A DNA stretch of 64,000 bases from an uncultured virus (IMG/VR IMGVR_UViG_3300006120_000018) (taxonomy: Duplodnaviria; Heunggongvirae; Uroviricota; Caudoviricetes): IMG/VR virus record IMGVR_UViG_3300006120_000018; one strand, written 5' to 3'. The notes below the pieces were generated by a model. That model was not told the DNA's origin and made no database searches. It saw nothing but the letters and a program-made list of their open reading frames with translations. Positions 1 to 10,523 of this stretch are shown piece by piece. Position numbers and translations under genes: made by a program. The stretch's first letter is position 1; each line of letters begins with the position of its first letter.

Positions 1-1232
1 GTAGCTTTTGCGTTATCATCATCCATACCAAAAGCACTTAATATAGAATCAATGGATGGAATACAATCACCCAAACGTTTAAAACCTTCTTTATAATTTC
101 CTCCAGAAAAAAGACCAATAGCATCAACTAACGGACCAATAACTGGAAGGTCTTTTACTTTTTCTCCTATCCATTTACCAAAATCTTTAAGATACCCCAT
201 TATGATCAACCCCTTTCCTTTTCCACCGCCAGAAGGAGTTCCACCAGCTTTTACATCTAAAAACATATTGAGTGCGTCTATCGCATACGAAAGCACTGTT
301 CCTAATCCTGGAACAGCCAAATTAACACTATTTGCTAATGCTGATAGCAAATCCAATATACCACCAACAATATCACCTTGCTTAAATCTAGAAATCGCAA
401 ATCCCATACTGATTATCCCACCAAGAACAGGAACCCCTTTAATACTTTTTGCTAAAAATCCTGCTACTTTACCGAAAATAGTTTTCAAAACCCCCTTTCC
501 TGCTGATTTTTCCAACACAACAGCACCTTCCTTCGCAACACCACCACCAAAAAGACCCTTTAATCCACTAAATGCTTTACCAAAAATTCCCTTTACGGAT
601 TTACCAATAGCACCAAAAATTTTAGCAGGAAACTTCATAAAAGATTTGATATTCTTTAAAAATGTAGTTGCTGCCTTTTCCATCAATTTCAAACCACCTT
701 GTATCCCAACTCGACTAACAAGTTTCAACAATCCTTTAAACGGACCATCGGTTTCTAATCCCTTAACCAACGCAAAAATACCACCAGCAAGCAACGCAAG
801 ACCACCCAAAAATGCCATACCCCCCCCTCCACCTTTATCCGGTTCTTTATCCGGTTCTTTATCAGGAATTTTTTTACTAACAAAAGAAGGCAACACATCC
901 TTCAATTCATGTAATCCTTCCTGTGTAAATCCTCCAATTGTAACAACCTTTGGCTTATCATCAGTATCTGTAATAGTCTTAGTTTCTTTATTTACATTAT
1001 TCGCAGTTTTACCAATTCCAATATCACTAAATAACTTACTTAAGGTATTTTTATCTTCTATATTATTATTTTTTGTAGAATTTGTTGTTGGAGTATTGTC
1101 TTTAATTTTAAGCGCAGCAACCTTACTTTCAATAGTTTTTGAAAGTTTATCCACAAATGTCTTACCAATCCCTTCAAAAAAAGAGTTTGGTAAAATTTTT
1201 GTAATGTCTATTGGTTGTGCTGCTGTTGCCAT
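1..1232 (-). CDS. Tape-measure-like / baseplate hub (gp29-like) protein, 3' end runs off the window
   Basis: Open minus-strand frame from ATG at 1232 (MATAAQPIDITKILP...) to the window edge. Gly/Ala/Lys-rich amphipathic and hydrophobic segments (AFLGGLALLAGGIFALV; KGVPVLGGIISMGFAISRF). Lies at the end of the tail/baseplate block. The + strand ORF 202..1269 is its antisense shadow. Confidence 0.6.
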   Translation of the reverse strand, partial: MATAAQPIDITKILPNSFFEGIGKTFVDKLSKTIESKVAALKIKDNTPTTNSTKNNNIEDKNTLSKLFSDIGIGKTANNVNKETKTITDTDDKPKVVTIGGFTQEGLHELKDVLPSFVSKKIPDKEPDKEPDKGGGGGMAFLGGLALLAGGIFALVKGLETDGPFKGLLKLVSRVGIQGGLKLMEKAATTFLKNIKSFMKFPAKIFGAIGKSVKGIFGKAFSGLKGLFGGGVAKEGAVVLEKSAGKGVLKTIFGKVAGFLAKSIKGVPVLGGIISMGFAISRFKQGDIVGGILDLLSALANSVNLAVPGLGTVLSYAIDALNMFLDVKAGGTPSGGGKGKGLIIMGYLKDFGKWIGEKVKDLPVIGPLVDAIGLFSGGNYKEGFKRLGDCIPSIDSILSAFGMDDDNAKA

Positions 1233-1313
1233 AATAAATAGGTATTACTATTATTTATTATGGATTTAATGAAATATAACAAAATTAGAACATTCTTAAT
1301 AAATATTAAAAAT

Positions 1314-1736
1314 ATGAACAATTTTGATGAATTATATCTAGAAATCTTAAATAAAATATCGTCACCAAAAATAATCACTACATATAAGGGCTTTGAAGGG
1401 AAAATCGACCCAACACAATACAATTCAAAAGAAAATATTATATATGTTAAACCTTCTTATAACCAGAAAAGTGATCCAGAAGGATGGATGGTTCATGAAT
1501 ATTCTCATGCGGATTCAAACGCAAAAGGAATTAAAGATGATAATAAACAATATCCCACAAACAATATTGAAATTTTGGCGTATACAAAACAATTCAAATG
1601 GTTAAAAGAAACGGGAAAATGTAGAAAATTCAAAGATTTGAAAGATGTTAAAAAATTCCCCACATTAGCACAAAAATTCACAAGATATGATGGAGAATAC
1701 GAACCAATACTAAAGAAATGTTGGGATAATGCATAA
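1314..1736 (+). CDS. Small zincin-like (HExxH) protein with N-terminal capsid-targeting-like peptide
   Basis: WMVHEYSHAD plus downstream NNIEILAY. Preferred start MNNFDELYLEIL at 1314, 8 nt after TAAATA. Confidence 0.55.
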   Translation: MNNFDELYLEILNKISSPKIITTYKGFEGKIDPTQYNSKENIIYVKPSYNQKSDPEGWMVHEYSHADSNAKGIKDDNKQYPTNNIEILAYTKQFKWLKETGKCRKFKDLKDVKKFPTLAQKFTRYDGEYEPILKKCWDNA

Positions 1737-1738
1737 AC

Positions 1739-1775
1739 GAACAATGCCAATAATATTTGATTATTGGCATTGTTC
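1739..1775. terminator. Hairpin between convergent genes (probable bidirectional terminator)
   Basis: GAACAATGCCAATAAT-atttg-ATTATTGGCATTGTTC, perfect 16-bp stem. Confidence 0.7.
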
Positions 1776-1781
1776 AAATTT

Positions 1782-2237
1782 CTATTTTATAAGAAACCTT
1801 AAAGTTCTTATGTTTTCATCATAAGTATAATTTATATAATCAGGATGAATGCGACGTAATCCATCAGCAATATAATAAACATATAATCCCTTACTATCTT
1901 TATCGGATTTTATAAAACTACTCATTTCTTCTTCCGTATTAAAATGTTTACTCATAACTTCATGAATTTTACCACCATAACTTACGATTGGACTTATAAT
2001 ATAACCCGATATGAAATCTTTATATTCTGATATATCATATCTTATGTTGAAGAATTCAGTTTTGTGTGACGAATTTATTTTTACCCATTCGTCATAATCG
2101 TAAATGATTCCGGCATCTGGAATTCCTTCTCCTTGTTCAAACTTCAATTCTCCCATTTCTTTTCCTAGTTCATAAATCACTGGAACTATATTTTCTGTCA
2201 TATTATTTGTTGTTGTCATATTATTTGTTGTTGTCAT
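1782..2237 (-). CDS. Hypothetical protein
   Basis: 151-aa ORF with upstream TTGACA-N16-TAAAAT. An 18-bp tandem duplication at the start gives MTTTNN-MTTTNN-MTE. Confidence 0.6.
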   Translation of the reverse strand: MTTTNNMTTTNNMTENIVPVIYELGKEMGELKFEQGEGIPDAGIIYDYDEWVKINSSHKTEFFNIRYDISEYKDFISGYIISPIVSYGGKIHEVMSKHFNTEEEMSSFIKSDKDSKGLYVYYIADGLRRIHPDYINYTYDENIRTLRFLIK

Positions 2238-2319
2238 ATTTTAATATTTATAATTTCTATATTTTCTGGAATTTGTTTCATATGTTTGTATTTTATCATA
2301 TTTCCATAGTTTGTCAACT

Positions 2320-3174
2320 TTAATCATTGAAAAAAGAAGCATCCATCGGAAGTTCCCTTTTCAATTGCGCCACAACATCATTACCTTCCACATCCTTTTT
2401 AACAACTTCCACACTTATACTTGTCAATTTTTCAGTAAGTGTCTTAAAATTTTCCATATATTTCAGAATCTTATTAATTATCGTCGTTGGAAATTTTGAC
2501 ACTATTGAAATTCTAGTTTTAAAATCTAATGTATCAAAATCAATTATCTGACCATCCGTAACCGATAAAGTCTTAATATATTTAGTAACTTCATTTATAA
2601 AAGCATTACCTACCAATTCCCTTAAATCTTCTGATGTCTTAAGTTCAGATTTCGCAAGCTTTCCAACCTCATTCTCTAACTTATTTTCTGTTTTAATATT
2701 AGGAACGCCACAGACTATCTTATATGGAGGAACATCATCAATAATCAGTGTCTCAATCGCTCCCAAACCCTCTACAAAGCGTTCTAATACATCCGACAGG
2801 TCAACCACACCATCCTCTACAATCAACCCATTTTCTTCAATTTCTTCCTTAGTATATTTAAAATTATAATCTTTAGATATACTGTTTATTCGTAATGTAA
2901 CAAAATAAATAATCTTATCTAATGCTGTTAAATCATCAACTTTAAATGTTTCAGTAGTTATCACATTTTCCTTCATTATTTCATTAAAAGTAAGATTGAA
3001 AATAGATGTCTGTAATGGAGAATCAACTAAACTTTTATACAACCGCTTTAATTGATCTGTGTTTAAAATTTTTGAAGGGATATTAACACCCAAAGAAGGA
3101 GCAAAAAATTCAAATGTGATTGTATCGTTAATTGTATCTAACGAACTTAAAATATTCTTAACATCTTGATTCAT
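2320..3174 (-). CDS. Baseplate hub assembly protein (gp26-like)
   Basis: DDLTALDKIIYFVTLRINSIS resembles the gp26 'L...D.EY.FL.LR..S.G' motif; tail-block context. Confidence 0.55.
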   Translation of the reverse strand: MNQDVKNILSSLDTINDTITFEFFAPSLGVNIPSKILNTDQLKRLYKSLVDSPLQTSIFNLTFNEIMKENVITTETFKVDDLTALDKIIYFVTLRINSISKDYNFKYTKEEIEENGLIVEDGVVDLSDVLERFVEGLGAIETLIIDDVPPYKIVCGVPNIKTENKLENEVGKLAKSELKTSEDLRELVGNAFINEVTKYIKTLSVTDGQIIDFDTLDFKTRISIVSKFPTTIINKILKYMENFKTLTEKLTSISVEVVKKDVEGNDVVAQLKRELPMDASFFND

Positions 3175-3200
3175 AATTATTATATTTAATAGCCATATTG

Positions 3201-4142
3201 TTATAAATCAACATAAGAATCGTCATTTATCGCAGTTTGTTCTCCTATATTTGAAGATTCTTGATTTGAATTTTCTTTCTGTATTGACATTTCCAACCGT
3301 TTTACAAATATTTGAAATTCTCCTGGTGTGCAATTTTCTACATATTCCGCAGACATATTAACATTCTTCGATAAATTATATATGTTATCATATAGAGATA
3401 ATAAATCATCCAAAAATAAAATCTTGACCAAAAATGAAAGATTATATACATTAACGTCTATTGGAATATTATACGTATCTGATATCATTTTATTGTTTAA
3501 TATATCTAAAATATTAACACTCTTAATATTTAATATTTGTTGTTGTGTAGTTTTTAACAATTTGGTCGTTACTATTACTGGCAACTTACTAAATATTGCG
3601 CTTCTTTCTTCTATTGAAAGGTTTTTATTTATTTCTAAGTTTAAAGTTTTGAATTTGGAACTTTTAATAAACTTTATAAAGATTATACCATCCAACCCAA
3701 TGTCTGTCAAATTTAAATACGATAAAAGTTCGAAAATCGTTGGAAGTCGCAATTCAATTTCAAAATCTCCTGCTTGTATATACTTTGTTTGTATAAATGA
3801 TTTCTTCACATCCTCAAACTTAGATATTATTTTATTGATATCTAATGTAATTTTAGTTGGCATATCATTTTGAGTAAGCGTTAAATTTAAAACATTACCC
3901 AAACTAATACTACGTAAATTGAATAATAATATAAAAAAGTCTATAAAATCCAATTCATCTAAATCTTGTGCTGAAAGTTCTACACGTTCTTGTAATATAT
4001 TCCTAAGATTTAAAAATATAATCTTTGGATTTGGAACATCACCAAATAAACTTTTCAGTATTATTTTATAGTCCTTCACAAGAAGTTCTGAATATTGAAT
4101 TTCTTTACCAAAAATATCAACAGTATTTAAAAATTTTGACAT
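3201..4142 (-). CDS. Baseplate hub assembly protein (gp26/gp51-like)
   Basis: LDFIDFFILLFNLRSISLGN and IELRLPTI (gp26-like). C-terminal YVENCTPGEFQIFVKRL (gp51-like). Confidence 0.55.
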   Translation of the reverse strand: MSKFLNTVDIFGKEIQYSELLVKDYKIILKSLFGDVPNPKIIFLNLRNILQERVELSAQDLDELDFIDFFILLFNLRSISLGNVLNLTLTQNDMPTKITLDINKIISKFEDVKKSFIQTKYIQAGDFEIELRLPTIFELLSYLNLTDIGLDGIIFIKFIKSSKFKTLNLEINKNLSIEERSAIFSKLPVIVTTKLLKTTQQQILNIKSVNILDILNNKMISDTYNIPIDVNVYNLSFLVKILFLDDLLSLYDNIYNLSKNVNMSAEYVENCTPGEFQIFVKRLEMSIQKENSNQESSNIGEQTAINDDSYVDL

Positions 4143-4148
4143 TTACTA

Positions 4149-4958
4149 TTACAAATTTATCCCTGCGTTTATCGATAATCCATTTCTTGTCGTTAATCCC
4201 ACATTTATAGAGTTTTCATAACTTGCGGATTCACTAGGAAAAAATGGAGGATTCCCATCAAATTTACCGTTTGCAATAATATCAGCACTGGAATCTATGT
4301 TGTAATAATTATATGCAAATGTAGAGATTCTAATATGTGGTGCGGATGCTGCTGTGTAATTTTGTTCTTCTCCAGATATACTTACTGGACATACACCATA
4401 AAAACTATATTTTTGTCGAATATGTGGTGCAATTCCAAGAGAGGTCACACCTAATTTATAAACATATATATTAGTTCTATAATCCAAATCACTACCTTTA
4501 GGATATGCAATCATACCTAAATGTGAAGTCACTATCGTCCAAGGTCGCAACACATTTTCCGTAAAACTAACATTATTATCAACAAATGTTATTCTTAACG
4601 TATCAAAATCCTGTCTACCACCACCTACGGTAGTTCGTATCAATCCTCCATACTGTGTCCCAACTGGATTTGGAGTAAACCCATCACTTGGTAATGTAAC
4701 TGCTTGCGCAAACATACACCCTTTGTTAAATTGAAATACGGGCATTGTTGCAGTTTTTAATGCATTCTGTATATTCCACCCCTGTCCTCCAAATTTCGGT
4801 TCGTATTTCGCAACATTACCAATTACACTAGGAAATTCATCAAAATATATAATCCATTGTGCTCCTTTTGGTAACGCGCCAGCAGGTTTCGACAATACTT
4901 GACTGAAAAAGTATCCTATTTGTTCGGAATTTTGACTGTAATATGCGGATTCTGCCAT
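4149..4958 (-). CDS. Tail tube-like baseplate protein (gp54/gp48-like)
   Basis: Tube-fold pattern (AQAVTLP...LRITF...W...YSFYGVCPVSISG); directly downstream of the tail tube gene. Confidence 0.55.
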   Translation of the reverse strand: MAESAYYSQNSEQIGYFFSQVLSKPAGALPKGAQWIIYFDEFPSVIGNVAKYEPKFGGQGWNIQNALKTATMPVFQFNKGCMFAQAVTLPSDGFTPNPVGTQYGGLIRTTVGGGRQDFDTLRITFVDNNVSFTENVLRPWTIVTSHLGMIAYPKGSDLDYRTNIYVYKLGVTSLGIAPHIRQKYSFYGVCPVSISGEEQNYTAASAPHIRISTFAYNYYNIDSSADIIANGKFDGNPPFFPSESASYENSINVGLTTRNGLSINAGINL

Positions 4959-4990
4959 AATAATATAACTACTTATTATGGAATTTTAAA

Positions 4991-5518
4991 TTACTGTAAT
5001 TTATACGCTCTCCAATAATGATATGCAAGAGTCGCAGGAATAGTAACAACAGTTCCCGCATCTTTAATGTCATAATTTGCTGTTGCAATATTTGTCACAT
5101 AAGCACCATATAATCTATAACTACGTATTGCTTGGTTTTGTTTGTTCATTAAACGTAAATCAATAAGAGATTCTGGCCCCGCAATATTATAATTTCCAGT
5201 GCTTGTCGCATCATCAAAAGTCGCAATTTGATTTGCCTCTAATGCACTACGTATATCATATTTCGCATCACATCTAAAAGTAACTTGATATCCCGCAGAC
5301 CCTGGATATTTTGCAGTCCCTGGAACATTAAAATCCAATCCCATGAAAGGAACTGCAACATTATTAATTGCTCTATCTGGCAATACTGCGCTCTCAACAT
5401 ACACAAAATCATCCTCATTCAAAATTACAGTACCTAATTGATAAAGTCTAAATTGAAATTGACGAGCGAAATCTCTTTCTTGCGAAACCCTATAGAAATC
5501 TGAAATATTTTGTGACAT
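4991..5518 (-). CDS. gp19: Tail tube protein (T4 gp19-like)
   Basis: ARQFQF..VESAVLP..VAVPFMG..VPG...VTF; YRLYGAYVTNI; TLAYHYW. Confidence 0.8.
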   Translation of the reverse strand: MSQNISDFYRVSQERDFARQFQFRLYQLGTVILNEDDFVYVESAVLPDRAINNVAVPFMGLDFNVPGTAKYPGSAGYQVTFRCDAKYDIRSALEANQIATFDDATSTGNYNIAGPESLIDLRLMNKQNQAIRSYRLYGAYVTNIATANYDIKDAGTVVTIPATLAYHYWRAYKLQ

Positions 5519-5559
5519 ATACTATTATTTATCATAGAAGTATTATTTTCTTTGACTTT

Positions 5560-7680
5560 TTATAAATTTTTATTACTGGTATTAGAATTCCACTCAAAAA
5601 CATAATTACCACAATCATAAATCTTTAAATATCCCGCATTTTTCATGTTTTCCTCCGCTGTTTTATTTGGATCGAAATTACTCCCCAATCTTTTTGCCAA
5701 CATATGCTTCTGAAACCCTACTCTATGTAACAACCTATCTCTTATTCTTGATGTAAAATACCAAAAATTAGGTGGAGAAATTCTAAGTAAATCGAATCCC
5801 AATTTATTATAAAGCCCCCCATTACTATATCGCCTGTTCGCATAACTTATTATTTTTTGTGGATTATATGATCTTATAAAATATGAAAACAATTTAGACG
5901 CACCACCAACAACACAAGTATTCTGTTTGCAGCAATATCTCATCAATTCTAAAGTTGGTTTTGATCCAGTAATTTTTCTACTACCAAATGTCATAACTGA
6001 TATTAATTCATCAGTTTTCTTATCAAACAGCCCTATTTTATATTTTGAATTATCCTTCCCTTGTATATGATGCTCTATTAAAAACATATTCTTTGTATTA
6101 TTATCAATATCTTTCACATAACAATTCCTAGCGAATATTTTATTTTTATATATTCCTAATTTACTAAGTATTATAGATTTCACCAATTCTTTTGAAGTGT
6201 TCCATTCATTTTCAAATATGTGAATAAGTTGTATCCCCAATTTTTCGCACATTTTAGTTTTATTTATATGATATTTATTTTCTTTGTGTTCGCTACTATG
6301 CCAATATAATCCATCAAATTCTATTGCCACCCATTTTTCTGGAATGTATATATCAAGTTCTAATGGTGGTATTATTCTTTTACTGCTCGTTATGATATCA
6401 AATGTTGTAAATGATTTTAACATATCACTTATTTCAATTTCTGGTTTGGATATTGATATTTTACTACATCTTGGACATCTAACATCAAATGCAACCTCTC
6501 TGGTATACACAAATTCACAAATACTGCATTTAAAATCTATCTCTCCAGTAGATATATAATGAGATTTATCAGTTAACATTTTTTCCGTTCTATTCTGCAT
6601 TCTATCTTCCCAAATATCAAAACTCTTATCTCGAATAGATATTATTGCATTTTTTCGATTTCTTTCTACATTTACCTTTGCTGAACAATTTACAGAACAA
6701 CATTCAGAATATCCTTTATCAAATGTATTAAATCTGACAATTTTATCATTACAATAACTACATATCGGGATACTATCAAGATTATTGTGTAGTAAATATA
6801 TCCGTTCATTAAATTTTATATTTTTTCTTTGTATGTTTCTTGTATGATATATGATACTCTTATACAATCGTAAATCTAAATTGAATATACTTGTATAAAA
6901 TGAGTGTGATGTAACTTTATCAACCCATCCTTTTATACCTTTTATTGTATCTTCCTTAGATAGAAATTCACAACTTTCTGATAATTTAGCTGCTTTATTT
7001 TTTTTATGCTCTATTTGAATGCAATTAAAATTTTTACATTTCCCATAGCCTTTTTGTATGGATAAAAATGGTAATATTTCATTACAATTTTCACACTTAC
7101 ACTTTTTTGTATTATGTATCATCAAATATATACCTTCACTAAAATCTTCAGAATATTTTTTAATTACAAAATTATACCACTTTGGATGTTTATATATAAA
7201 ATGCACCTTTAAATCGTTTAATGATCTATTAGAAATATACGATAGAATATCTTTTTCAACTACAGTAGAAATATCCGTTTTTAAAGCATCATCGATTAAC
7301 CCCCTTTGAATATCTGAAGAACATATATTTAATCCCTTTCTAGTATTCCCTCTTCTAATTAACATTTCAGTGTCTTTATGTGTGCATTTCTTCGAGCAAT
7401 ATTTATTGTATTCCCATTTTCTATTTACACCAAATATTGGAATAACATTACCGCACGATTTACACAACGGAAGGGTTTTCATATCACATACATAATGATA
7501 CAACAATTGTGATTTATTAATAATATCTAAATTATTATACTTCCCAAAATTTATAATATCATTCTCTAATGTTATATATTTTTTATATAACTCTTTTAAA
7601 AAAAATTGTTTATGTATTTTTCTATACTCGATAACTTGTTGTTTATCTAAAACCTCATATAATTCAGTTTTCATATACAT
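5560..7680 (-). CDS. Free-standing homing endonuclease-like protein (Cys-rich repeats plus PD-(D/E)XK/Vsr-like Hef-type domain)
   Basis: Repeated CxxC...Y..CS modules; LELDIYIPEKWVAIEFDGLYWHS, QLIHIFENEW, GGASKLF, YDCGN. Inserted between the sheath and tube genes. Confidence 0.7.
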   Translation of the reverse strand: MYMKTELYEVLDKQQVIEYRKIHKQFFLKELYKKYITLENDIINFGKYNNLDIINKSQLLYHYVCDMKTLPLCKSCGNVIPIFGVNRKWEYNKYCSKKCTHKDTEMLIRRGNTRKGLNICSSDIQRGLIDDALKTDISTVVEKDILSYISNRSLNDLKVHFIYKHPKWYNFVIKKYSEDFSEGIYLMIHNTKKCKCENCNEILPFLSIQKGYGKCKNFNCIQIEHKKNKAAKLSESCEFLSKEDTIKGIKGWVDKVTSHSFYTSIFNLDLRLYKSIIYHTRNIQRKNIKFNERIYLLHNNLDSIPICSYCNDKIVRFNTFDKGYSECCSVNCSAKVNVERNRKNAIISIRDKSFDIWEDRMQNRTEKMLTDKSHYISTGEIDFKCSICEFVYTREVAFDVRCPRCSKISISKPEIEISDMLKSFTTFDIITSSKRIIPPLELDIYIPEKWVAIEFDGLYWHSSEHKENKYHINKTKMCEKLGIQLIHIFENEWNTSKELVKSIILSKLGIYKNKIFARNCYVKDIDNNTKNMFLIEHHIQGKDNSKYKIGLFDKKTDELISVMTFGSRKITGSKPTLELMRYCCKQNTCVVGGASKLFSYFIRSYNPQKIISYANRRYSNGGLYNKLGFDLLRISPPNFWYFTSRIRDRLLHRVGFQKHMLAKRLGSNFDPNKTAEENMKNAGYLKIYDCGNYVFEWNSNTSNKNL

Positions 7681-7711
7681 ATAATTATCACATTTTTACA
7701 TTATAACAACA

Positions 7712-7746
7712 AAAACGCTACTAATAAAAAATATTAGTAGCGTTTT
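7712..7746. terminator. Rho-independent terminator downstream of the tail sheath gene
   Basis: AAAACGCTACTAATA-aaaaa-TATTAGTAGCGTTTT. Confidence 0.75.
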
Positions 7747-7769
7747 GATATTTTATCTAATTTCTGATA

Positions 7770-9887
7770 TTACCCAACCAATTCTTGGAAGTTTTGGCTG
7801 GTTCTAGTAGCCACGAAATTTATTAGGATAAATTCTGCTGCCCTAACTGGCTTTAAATATATATCCACATGCAATTCATTTGCATCGATAGAATCCGGGG
7901 TGTTGTTCCTAGAGTCGCAAACCACCAAATAATCGTATACCCCTTGAGTGTTCTTTGCGTTTTCAAATATTGGTGTTAATGCATTTACAACTCTGGTTCT
8001 AGTGAAATCTGTGTTTGGTTCAAACACAAAGTATTTCATTATATCCTGTGTGGATTTTTCAAGAGATAGGAACAATCTACGAACATTTACACGATCAAAA
8101 GCGGATGGTTTCTTTTGAAGGGTTTTTTGTCCGTATACCACATATCCATCATTAGGGAAGAACACCACTGGATTAATAGAAATAGTATATAAGAAATCTC
8201 TTTGTTTCTGGTTAGGATTGAAAGCGATATCTGTAATACCTTTAACTATTCCTCTAGTAAGACCAGCAGGAGCAATCCAAGGGTATGTTGCTTTATCAGA
8301 ATTTGCGTATATATTAGCAGCAAATCCAGAGAAAGGACACCAGAATTGTTTATCAGAATTTGCATCATACACTTTAACCCAATTTCCGTAGGTAGCAGCA
8401 TAATTACTATTCGTTCCACCAAATAAGGTTTTCAATGGAGTATAAACATTTTGAGAAAAGGTATTTCCAGGAATTGAAACTATCTTTGTATCACTACCAT
8501 TAATAAAGATTTGGCGTAATGGATCAACAATAATCATACAATCCTTTCTGGTTTCGCTAGTGAAAGCATCATATAATCCATAAACTGAAGACCAAGATTG
8601 ATAACATGGTGCGAAAGCAGAAGATAATTGAGTGATGTCAACATACACAGAATCATCATATATTCCACTTACTGCATTTGCTGCTATTGTAGTAAGACCC
8701 GCATCAACAACGATATCTAATGGATAAATTTCAGGATTATCCACTAAAGAAAGAGCGCGATCAACTTTACTAGCAACATTTCCAATATCGTTATAGTTTA
8801 CATTAGAAACTACTGGAGTATAAACACCTTCTGCAAACAATGCTTTAGCGGAACCATCAACACTAACAGAGGATAATGGATTGTTTGTGCTTAAGCTTGT
8901 CCAAGAAGTGTGTTTAGATATTGCAGGATTCACAAGCAATGTCAAATTTGAAGAACTATTATTAACAATATCCGACAAGTAGAAAGAGCGAGGAATACCA
9001 CCTTGGGATGTTGATGTTTTCTTATTCGCATCCAAAGAACCGATACGACTTTCAACTAATGATATTGACAACATTTGTGGATCATATATGGATTGACGAA
9101 CTTTAAATAAATTCAAAATCAAACTGTCTTGATAATATGAATCACCGAAATCGAATAATGGAGTAGTTTCAATTATTTCAGATACAGAATTGTTACTTCC
9201 TCCGATATTAGAACCAGAAAGATTAAACGCCAACTTAGATGTTGGTAATGTATACCAATTTGTTAATGTATCGCCAGTATTCACTAAACTATACATACTA
9301 GTCACAGCAGTAAATGAAGTATCAGGTCCTAAGTCTGTATTATCTTTCAGAGAAATGTAATATCCCTCGAAAATATCGTTAATCGTTGTTTGGCTATCGT
9401 TGATTATGATAATACCCGCGTTTGCATTAACAGTATCCCATGATGCTGCTGTTGTTGAGCTTGAAATGCTACTCCATGCAAAATTATTCTGTGCTAATTG
9501 ATTATATTCAGCATTGCTTAAAGTATATTGAGATGGGTTTCCTATTGTAAATCCCCCTGTTGAAGATGCGACAGGATAGAATAATGCACTATAGCTATCA
9601 GAAAATCCTAATCCAGCAGCGGAACCATAGGGTAAACGTGTGGTTAATAAATTTCCTGCGGATTGCACGACTTGTTTTGCAGATTGATAAAAATATCTTT
9701 CTGCTGCATTTGTAGGAAGACCGAAAATCTGTTCAAATTCCGAAATAGTGGAAATAGAAACAACTTCGTCCGTAGGTCCTTGGGAAGCAAACCCCATAAC
9801 ATATACATTAGTTCCTACCACTGTTTGAGTAGTATCGGATAAGTCAATTTCTGTGATTTGAACACCTGGTGAATTAATAGTTCTCAT
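7770..9887 (-). CDS. gp18: Contractile tail sheath protein (T4 gp18-like)
   Basis: SPGVQITEIDLS; GFASQGP; PWIAPAGLTRG; YGQKTLQ..SAFDRVNVRRLF; FEPN; LKPVRAAEFI. Confidence 0.95.
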   Translation of the reverse strand: MRTINSPGVQITEIDLSDTTQTVVGTNVYVMGFASQGPTDEVVSISTISEFEQIFGLPTNAAERYFYQSAKQVVQSAGNLLTTRLPYGSAAGLGFSDSYSALFYPVASSTGGFTIGNPSQYTLSNAEYNQLAQNNFAWSSISSSTTAASWDTVNANAGIIIINDSQTTINDIFEGYYISLKDNTDLGPDTSFTAVTSMYSLVNTGDTLTNWYTLPTSKLAFNLSGSNIGGSNNSVSEIIETTPLFDFGDSYYQDSLILNLFKVRQSIYDPQMLSISLVESRIGSLDANKKTSTSQGGIPRSFYLSDIVNNSSSNLTLLVNPAISKHTSWTSLSTNNPLSSVSVDGSAKALFAEGVYTPVVSNVNYNDIGNVASKVDRALSLVDNPEIYPLDIVVDAGLTTIAANAVSGIYDDSVYVDITQLSSAFAPCYQSWSSVYGLYDAFTSETRKDCMIIVDPLRQIFINGSDTKIVSIPGNTFSQNVYTPLKTLFGGTNSNYAATYGNWVKVYDANSDKQFWCPFSGFAANIYANSDKATYPWIAPAGLTRGIVKGITDIAFNPNQKQRDFLYTISINPVVFFPNDGYVVYGQKTLQKKPSAFDRVNVRRLFLSLEKSTQDIMKYFVFEPNTDFTRTRVVNALTPIFENAKNTQGVYDYLVVCDSRNNTPDSIDANELHVDIYLKPVRAAEFILINFVATRTSQNFQELVG

Positions 9888-9929
9888 ATTTATATTATTA
9901 TTTATGCTTTTTCAACTATTTTTATGAGG

Positions 9930-10508
9930 CTATAACAGAGAAGGTGTCAATAAATTAAAGTTGACCCTACTAAATTGGAAGGTAACAGTAGATTCTATCC
10001 AGTCATTAGTTCTATTATCATACGTAATTCCACCTAATCCAGTAATAAAAGCATTTACATATACCCAAGATGCAATTTTTTGATTATATTCATCTAACGC
10101 ATAAACAGAAAAAGAAGTTTGATATTCGGGTGTCATACTAGTTTTTGATGTTGTAGGACTTCCACCATAAATACTTCCATCCGCAGTATTCAAAACATTC
10201 AACCATTGCCATAACACATAATAGTTCACAAATTTATTGTCTACCACAAAATTTATTGTAATTGGTTCATAATTTGGGCGAGTGTAGCTACTAATATTTG
10301 ATACCTGCCCACCAAAAGGTAAAGCAATAGAAGGAACTGCAATCGTTGGAACTACTGTACCATACACACTAAAATTTAAAGTATCTAATCCATTCGGAAT
10401 AGACAAATTAGGCGTATTCTTCATAACAATAGGTAAATCCAATACAAGTAAAAATTTGTCTTTACTTGCCCTATTAAGCACCGATTGTTCAGTTGGATTT
10501 ACGTTCAT
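9930..10508 (-). CDS. gp3: Tail completion / tube terminator (T4 gp3-like)
   Basis: LNRASKDKFLL..YEPITINFVVD..NYYVLWQWL matches the gp3 pattern. Confidence 0.65.
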   Translation of the reverse strand: MNVNPTEQSVLNRASKDKFLLVLDLPIVMKNTPNLSIPNGLDTLNFSVYGTVVPTIAVPSIALPFGGQVSNISSYTRPNYEPITINFVVDNKFVNYYVLWQWLNVLNTADGSIYGGSPTTSKTSMTPEYQTSFSVYALDEYNQKIASWVYVNAFITGLGGITYDNRTNDWIESTVTFQFSRVNFNLLTPSLL

Positions 10509-10523
10509 TTGTATTATTTAACT

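Noticed and set aside
832..866. 12-bp tandem repeat (DKEP x3), and the 18-bp repeat at 2196-2240
   Set aside because: Short in-frame slippage duplications in linker or N-terminal regions; no sign of a functional array
202..1269. 355-aa plus-strand ORF
   Set aside because: Antisense shadow of the minus-strand tape-measure-like gene starting at 1232; no recognisable motifs
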